Below are positions 26,903 through 32,000 of a stretch of DNA of 32,000 bases, in pieces. The translations under genes were made by a program, and so were the position numbers. Within the stretch, counting starts at the first letter, position 1, and every line of letters starts with the position of its first letter. Under the pieces are notes generated by a model. That model was given only the letters and a program-made list of their open reading frames with translations. It did not search any database and was not told the DNA's origin. The stretch is from an uncultured Erysipelotrichaceae bacterium (GTDB lineage Bacteria; Bacillota_I; Bacilli_A; Erysipelotrichales; Erysipelotrichaceae): positions 13,316-45,315 of the forward strand of contig CAYNZZ010000010.1 of NCBI GenBank assembly GCA_964401865.1, given 5' to 3'.

Positions 26903-29900
26903 ATGGAAAACAAAAAATATGTTTTGGGATTAGACTTAGGAGTAGCATCTATTGGTTGGGGTTGCGTTACACTAGATGATAATGATATTCCAAATGGAAT
27001 ATTAGATCATGGTGTTGTAACGTTTAAATCATTAGATAACGATAAAGGACAACTTTATAATCAGACAAGAAGAGAAAAGAGAAGTCAGAGAAGAGTAATT
27101 AGAAGACGCAAAGAAAGAATTAGAAGGATTAAGAATTTATTGCTTAATACTTTTGATATGAAAGAAAAAGAATATAATGATCTCTTCCATGCTGAAGGAG
27201 TTTGTCAAGATAATGATATATTGAATTTAAATATTAAAGGACTAAGTGAAGAATTATCTAAGGAACAGCTTATTCGAGTTTTGATTAATTATGCTAAAAA
27301 TAGAGGGTTTAAATCAAATAGAAAAATAAATAGCGATAATGAAAAAGGCAAAATGAAAAAAGCTATCAACAATATAACTGAAGTTAAGAATAAATATAAT
27401 TGTACTATTTCAAAAGCTATCTTGATTTATCAACAAGAGAATAATTTAGATGTTCGCCATAATACTGGAGAGAATTATAATTATGGATTTGAAAGAAATG
27501 ATATTAGAGAAGAAATAGAATTATTATTAGATAAACAAATTGAGTTTGGATTAATCGATGATAATTTTAAAAATAAATATTTAGATATTTGGTCTAGTCA
27601 AAGAGATTTTTCTGAAGGACCAGCAACTGGTCCATATGTAGTACGTTGGGATAAAATGGTAGGAATGTGTAAATTTAGAACTAATGAAAGAAGAATTTCA
27701 AAAGCATGCCCATCATTTGAATTTTTTGCATTAGTGCAAAAGCTACATAATATCACTTATTATGTAATAGATGAGAATAAGGAAATAATTAAAGATAGCA
27801 AAGGTAAAAAAGCGGAGAAGTTTTCTTTAACTAAAGAAGAAATCAATTATTTATTTGAAAAGGCAAAGAAAAGTGATATTAAATATAACGATATTATTGA
27901 ACTTGTAAAGAAAAACCGTCCTGAAAATTATGATATTAGAATCGTGGATATGCCGTCTATCACAAAAAAGAAGTTCAATGACTTGGTAAAAGAATATTAC
28001 AAAGAGAATGATATTAAAGATAGAAAACTGAATGACGATGAATATGCAGAAATAAAATCAAAAGCTTATGAAGAAAGTAAGAAAATCATAGTTTTTGAAT
28101 TAAAGATGTATAAAGAATTCAAAAAACAATTGAAAAAATTGAACAAATCAGAAAAGATTGAAGATATTGAATTTTTAGATTACTCTGCGACAATTTTATC
28201 TTATGCTCAAACAGATGCGAAAATTGATGAATTAGTTAATAGTGAAGAATATGTAGATAGATTAAATAACGAAGAAAAAGAACTAATTAAGAAATTAGAA
28301 ATCAAGACCAAGGGCACTGGAAATCTTTGTTTATCGTTGACTAAGGATTTATTAGATTGTATGTTGGATGGATATAATTATAATGAGGCAATGAAAGAAT
28401 TAGGCTATGATCATTCAGATACAGGTCATAAAGAATTTAAAAATGGTTTCCCAACTGTTCAAGAGATTGAAAGTACTTATGACACTCGATTAACTAATCC
28501 AAATGTTAAACATACTTTAGTCTATTTAAGAAGATTATATAATACATTAAATAAAAAATATGGCGAACCATATAGAGTTCATATTGAATTAGCTAGAGAC
28601 ATATCTAAAAGTTATACCGATAGATTAGAAATTAGAAGAAATCAATTAGATAATTATTCAAGTCGACAAAGTGCAAAGCTTGAAATGTTTGAAGAATTGG
28701 GTTTATCTGATATTGAAAATAGAAAGTATCCAAGCTTTAGCAATGATGATATTTTAAAATTTAGATTATGGGAAGAACAGAAACATATTTGTCCATATTC
28801 TGGAAGAGAAATTAGTCGAAATGAACTATTAACAAGCATGGATTTACATGTTGATCACATCTTACCATTCTCAAGATCATTTGATGATAGCTATACAAAT
28901 AAAGTATTAGTATATGTTAAGGCTAATGAAGATAAAGGTAACAAGACGCCATATGAATGGTTCGGGAAAGATAAAGCTAGATGGAATGCATTCAAAGATA
29001 GAATTAGAGATAATAAGAATTATAGTGAGAAAAAGATCAATAATCTATTAAATGAAGATGAAGTTACATTTGATGAATTTTCATCTAGAAGTTTAAATGC
29101 AACTACATATATGAGCAAATTAGCATTAAATATCTTTAAAGATTTGCTTAATAAAGAAGATGGAGATGATCGTGTACTTGCGTTTAAAGGTGGTGCCACA
29201 TCATTCTTAAGAAAATATTATCGATTAAATAATTGTATTCATTCGTTTGCTTCTAAAAATTACCGAAATACCGATATTGTATATATTATCGATGAAGATA
29301 ATGTTGTAAGTACTTATAAGAATAATGAAGTATCATTTACAATTAGTGCCTTAGATAAATATGGAAATGTATTAGAATATGAATTCAAACTTAAAAATGA
29401 TTCAAAAAAACCATTAACAGGCGAAGATAAAGATAATTATGATTTAATAAAATATCATTCAAGCGAATTGAAAGAATATTTTATAGATAATATCTGTGGT
29501 AAAGACATAAATAAGATTGATGATTTTAGATTGCTTTCTTATATGAAGGAAGATGAAAATAATAAGATTTTAGTCGCTTTTGCATTTGATGCATTAAATA
29601 AATTAAAAGCAAAACTTATTGAGAAGAATAGAAATAATAATCTTCATCATGAAGTTGATGCCTTATTGGTAGCAACAATGACTAGAAGTATGCAAATGAA
29701 AATTACTAAGTTTACTAAATTGATTAGATCGAATAAGTTTACCGATCCCGATACTGGTGAGCATTATGACAACATTGATGCGTTGACTAATAAATACAAT
29801 ATTGATACAGCAATCAAAGATAAAAGATATTATATGCCTCAACCATATGATCATTTCGTTGATGAACTCATAATAAGGGTATTTGAAAGAGATGAAAAAG

Positions 29901-30727
29901 TTTTAAATGAAAAGTTAACTAATCTTTTAGGATATCAAACAAATGCAAAAGTAAAATATCCGTCATTCCAAGCAGATAAAAAAGTTTCTGGCGCATTACA
30001 TGAAGAAACCATATTCGGTAGAAGAAAATTATACGGCAAAGATGTAATGGTTCTTAGAAAATCTGTCTTTGATATCAAAGAAAAAGATCTTAAAAATATT
30101 TATGATGGCGATGGTGGTCAAGCTCCAGTTAAACAAGCATTAATAGAATGGTTTAAGTTGACAGAAAAAGATCGTAAAGAACAACGATATCCTATTCATC
30201 CAAAAACTGGACAGTATATTAAAAAAATCAAGATGATTGGTGATGATATTAATAAAATGGTTAGAATTTCTAAAGATGATGAATCTAAAGGTTACGCAGG
30301 TATTGGAAAAGTAGCTAGAATTCAAATCTATAAAAAAGAAGATGATGATAAACTATACTATGTTCAATTATCAACAATTCAATATATGAAGAGAAAGAAT
30401 AATGATTTTGATTTTACTATTACTGTTTGGTGGGGGCAAGGCAATTCTAAAGAATACTTATTATATAGCGAGCTTGAGAATAAAGGCTATAAACTATATT
30501 TAGAATTATATCCTGGACAAATCATTTATATTGGAGACGAATTTGGTGGTAATCTTGTGAAGACGATCGGTTTTACAAGCGGACAATTCAAAATAGGTTC
30601 TGTGATCGGTGATGGAATAGATTTAATCGAAAATAAAATCCAAAACAAAATTAAACCTGAATATTATTTAACAGCTCCTAAAAAAATAAGTATTGGTAAC
30701 ATAGATATATTAGGTTATGTCTTATAG
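26903..30727 (+). CDS. cas9: Type II CRISPR-associated endonuclease Cas9 (1274 aa)
   Basis: RuvC-I YVLGLDLGVASIGWG (D11). Arg-rich bridge helix RREKRSQRRVIRRRKERIRRIKNLL. RuvC-II VHIELARD (E562). HNH VDHILPFSRSFDDSYTNKVLV...NKGNKTPYEW (H652, N666). RuvC-III NLHHEVDALLVA (H916, D919). An AGGAG RBS lies upstream. Confidence 0.95.
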   Translation: MENKKYVLGLDLGVASIGWGCVTLDDNDIPNGILDHGVVTFKSLDNDKGQLYNQTRREKRSQRRVIRRRKERIRRIKNLLLNTFDMKEKEYNDLFHAEGVCQDNDILNLNIKGLSEELSKEQLIRVLINYAKNRGFKSNRKINSDNEKGKMKKAINNITEVKNKYNCTISKAILIYQQENNLDVRHNTGENYNYGFERNDIREEIELLLDKQIEFGLIDDNFKNKYLDIWSSQRDFSEGPATGPYVVRWDKMVGMCKFRTNERRISKACPSFEFFALVQKLHNITYYVIDENKEIIKDSKGKKAEKFSLTKEEINYLFEKAKKSDIKYNDIIELVKKNRPENYDIRIVDMPSITKKKFNDLVKEYYKENDIKDRKLNDDEYAEIKSKAYEESKKIIVFELKMYKEFKKQLKKLNKSEKIEDIEFLDYSATILSYAQTDAKIDELVNSEEYVDRLNNEEKELIKKLEIKTKGTGNLCLSLTKDLLDCMLDGYNYNEAMKELGYDHSDTGHKEFKNGFPTVQEIESTYDTRLTNPNVKHTLVYLRRLYNTLNKKYGEPYRVHIELARDISKSYTDRLEIRRNQLDNYSSRQSAKLEMFEELGLSDIENRKYPSFSNDDILKFRLWEEQKHICPYSGREISRNELLTSMDLHVDHILPFSRSFDDSYTNKVLVYVKANEDKGNKTPYEWFGKDKARWNAFKDRIRDNKNYSEKKINNLLNEDEVTFDEFSSRSLNATTYMSKLALNIFKDLLNKEDGDDRVLAFKGGATSFLRKYYRLNNCIHSFASKNYRNTDIVYIIDEDNVVSTYKNNEVSFTISALDKYGNVLEYEFKLKNDSKKPLTGEDKDNYDLIKYHSSELKEYFIDNICGKDINKIDDFRLLSYMKEDENNKILVAFAFDALNKLKAKLIEKNRNNNLHHEVDALLVATMTRSMQMKITKFTKLIRSNKFTDPDTGEHYDNIDALTNKYNIDTAIKDKRYYMPQPYDHFVDELIIRVFERDEKVLNEKLTNLLGYQTNAKVKYPSFQADKKVSGALHEETIFGRRKLYGKDVMVLRKSVFDIKEKDLKNIYDGDGGQAPVKQALIEWFKLTEKDRKEQRYPIHPKTGQYIKKIKMIGDDINKMVRISKDDESKGYAGIGKVARIQIYKKEDDDKLYYVQLSTIQYMKRKNNDFDFTITVWWGQGNSKEYLLYSELENKGYKLYLELYPGQIIYIGDEFGGNLVKTIGFTSGQFKIGSVIGDGIDLIENKIQNKIKPEYYLTAPKKISIGNIDILGYVL

Positions 30728-31634
30728 ACAAATATTGATTCAAAAGAAATGCCATTTGTCTATAGAAAATAGTAATATCAAAATCAAAAGAGACGATATT
30801 GTAAATAGTATACCTTCAGAAGATGTAGCTATAATTGTAGTAGATTGTATAGATATAACATTTAGCGCCCCATTCTTTAATGAATGTTCAAAGGAAGGTA
30901 TTGTTGTGTTGATATGCGGAAATAAGCATTATCCAGTTATGCAAGCTTTACCTATCAATTCACATTATAGACTATATGATATTTTATTGATGCAGGTTAA
31001 ACAGTCCAATTATTTCAAAGAAACAGTAACTGAACAATTATTGAAAGCTAAATTAGCGAATCAAAAGAAAGTATTGGAATTAATTGGCGCAGATGCAGAT
31101 AAAATAGAAATGTTCAATACATATATTGGTGAAATAACGGGTCATGATGATATCAATAGAGAAGGTACTGCCGCAAAAGTTTTCTTTAATGCATTATATG
31201 AGCAAGAATATACTAGATTTGAATCAGATCCAATTAATGCAGTTCAAAATTATGGGTATGCAATATTAAGCTCAAGTATTTCAAGAAGTCTTAGCTTATT
31301 AGGTTTTAATTTATGTATAGGTGTAAATCATGAGGGCCATACTAATCCATTTAATCTAACATACGATATGATTGAACCATTTAGAGCCATAGTTGATTAT
31401 TATATTTACGAAATGAGAAATACACTAACTGATGAATTAAATGTACAGACAAAAAAAGAATTGGTTAATCTATTGAATATTAAAGTTAAAGTAAACGGAG
31501 TTTTATATACAGTACAATACGCCATTGATTTATTATGTAAATCATATTTAAGAATGCTTGAATATGGAAAAGATGAATTAGATTTACCAGAAATAGTTAA
31601 AACGGATTTTTTAAAAGAAAATGAGTTCATATAG
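30717..31634 (+). CDS. cas1: CRISPR-associated integrase Cas1 (type II)
   Basis: The sequence NREGTAAKVFFNALY...INAVQNYGYAILSS...GVNHEGHTNPFNLTYDMIEPFR closely parallels type II Cas1 with the catalytic Glu/His/Glu intact. It overlaps cas9 by 11 nt. Confidence 0.9.
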   Translation: MSYRQILIQKKCHLSIENSNIKIKRDDIVNSIPSEDVAIIVVDCIDITFSAPFFNECSKEGIVVLICGNKHYPVMQALPINSHYRLYDILLMQVKQSNYFKETVTEQLLKAKLANQKKVLELIGADADKIEMFNTYIGEITGHDDINREGTAAKVFFNALYEQEYTRFESDPINAVQNYGYAILSSSISRSLSLLGFNLCIGVNHEGHTNPFNLTYDMIEPFRAIVDYYIYEMRNTLTDELNVQTKKELVNLLNIKVKVNGVLYTVQYAIDLLCKSYLRMLEYGKDELDLPEIVKTDFLKENEFI

Positions 31635-31953
31635 AGAAATGAGAATGTTTGTCATATTCGATTTACCTACTCTTACTAAAGACGATAGGAAGGTATATAG
31701 CAAATTTAGAGATAATATTCTAGAAGACGGTTTTATTATGATTCAATATTCTGTATATTCAAGATATTGTAGAAATGATACGGAATATTTAAAAATATTA
31801 CGAAGAATAAAAAACTATGCGCCTAGGGATACTGGGAATATAAGAATATTTAAAGTTACAGAAAAACAATATGAAAATATGACAGTATTTTCAAACTGTA
31901 TAAAGTCAGATGAGAAGCTTTTATCTACTAGTCCTCTAGTAGTAATAGATTAG
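31621..31953 (+). CDS. cas2: CRISPR-associated endoribonuclease Cas2 (type II)
   Basis: MSSYREMRMFVIFDLPTLTKDDRKVYSKFRDNILEDGFIMIQYSVYSRY parallels the start of type II Cas2 proteins. It overlaps cas1 by 14 nt. Confidence 0.9.
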   Translation: MSSYREMRMFVIFDLPTLTKDDRKVYSKFRDNILEDGFIMIQYSVYSRYCRNDTEYLKILRRIKNYAPRDTGNIRIFKVTEKQYENMTVFSNCIKSDEKLLSTSPLVVID

Positions 31954-32000
31954 AATTAATGATAGAATATGGTTATCCGTAACGAGTTAATTATGAAATT

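Noticed and set aside
28654-30325. Three roughly 61-aa minus-strand ORFs inside cas9 (28654..28839, 29663..29854, 30140..30325), considered as possible antisense small genes or anti-CRISPR-like ORFs.
   Set aside because: They are at the minimum length expected by chance in AT-rich DNA, have no RBS or promoter, and are fully embedded antisense in cas9.
25899-31953. The impression that the cas locus is more AT-rich than the core genome, which would suggest a horizontal-transfer signature.
   Set aside because: Hand counts of 60-nt lines gave roughly 10-23 G+C in cas9 and 26-31 in ftsH. A line in the housekeeping gene tilS gave about 12, so the difference tracks protein conservation rather than foreign origin. 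A proper windowed GC or k-mer analysis is needed.
31954-32000. The 47-nt tail after cas2, and all other intergenic regions, were searched for CRISPR repeats.
   Set aside because: No repeated unit of about 36 nt or any repeat-spacer periodicity is visible. The tail is too short to contain two repeats, so no CRISPR feature is called.

Overview
The window is about 30% GC and comes from a low-GC Bacillota/Mycoplasmatota-like chromosome (Erysipelotrichales or Acholeplasmatales style). It uses the standard genetic code: long ORFs such as Cas9, FtsH and CopA are intact with Trp encoded by TGG and no in-frame TGA. Positions 1-15.2 kb are ordinary housekeeping genes: prfA-prmC, a DegV protein, a P-type ATPase, a GNAT acetyltransferase, ychF, tilS-hpt-ftsH-hslO-dus, a SAM-I riboswitch with metK, coaX and maf. 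Positions 15.1-17.3 kb are a small decaying patch associated with tRNA-Thr(GGU) and tRNA-Leu(UAG). It holds two small membrane ORFs, a truncated TetR gene, an ABM-monooxygenase pseudogene (one nonsense codon plus one frameshift) and a remnant of an IS3-family transposase C-terminus. Next come a nucleotidyltransferase, an ABC ATPase/permease pair behind a promoter with a palindromic operator, an EamA transporter and a small chorismate mutase. A copper module follows, made of a CsoR operator, copA with an in-frame CopZ-like tail, and csoR, and then a RumA-type rRNA methyltransferase. The most interesting part is 25.9-32.0 kb. A wHTH-WYL regulator gene sits 11 bp upstream of a tightly coupled cas9-cas1-cas2 operon. 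The Cas9 (1274 aa) carries an insertion of about 130 aa between the HNH domain and RuvC-III. No CRISPR array, tracrRNA or csn2/cas4 is visible before the window ends, so the subtype (II-A or II-C) stays open.
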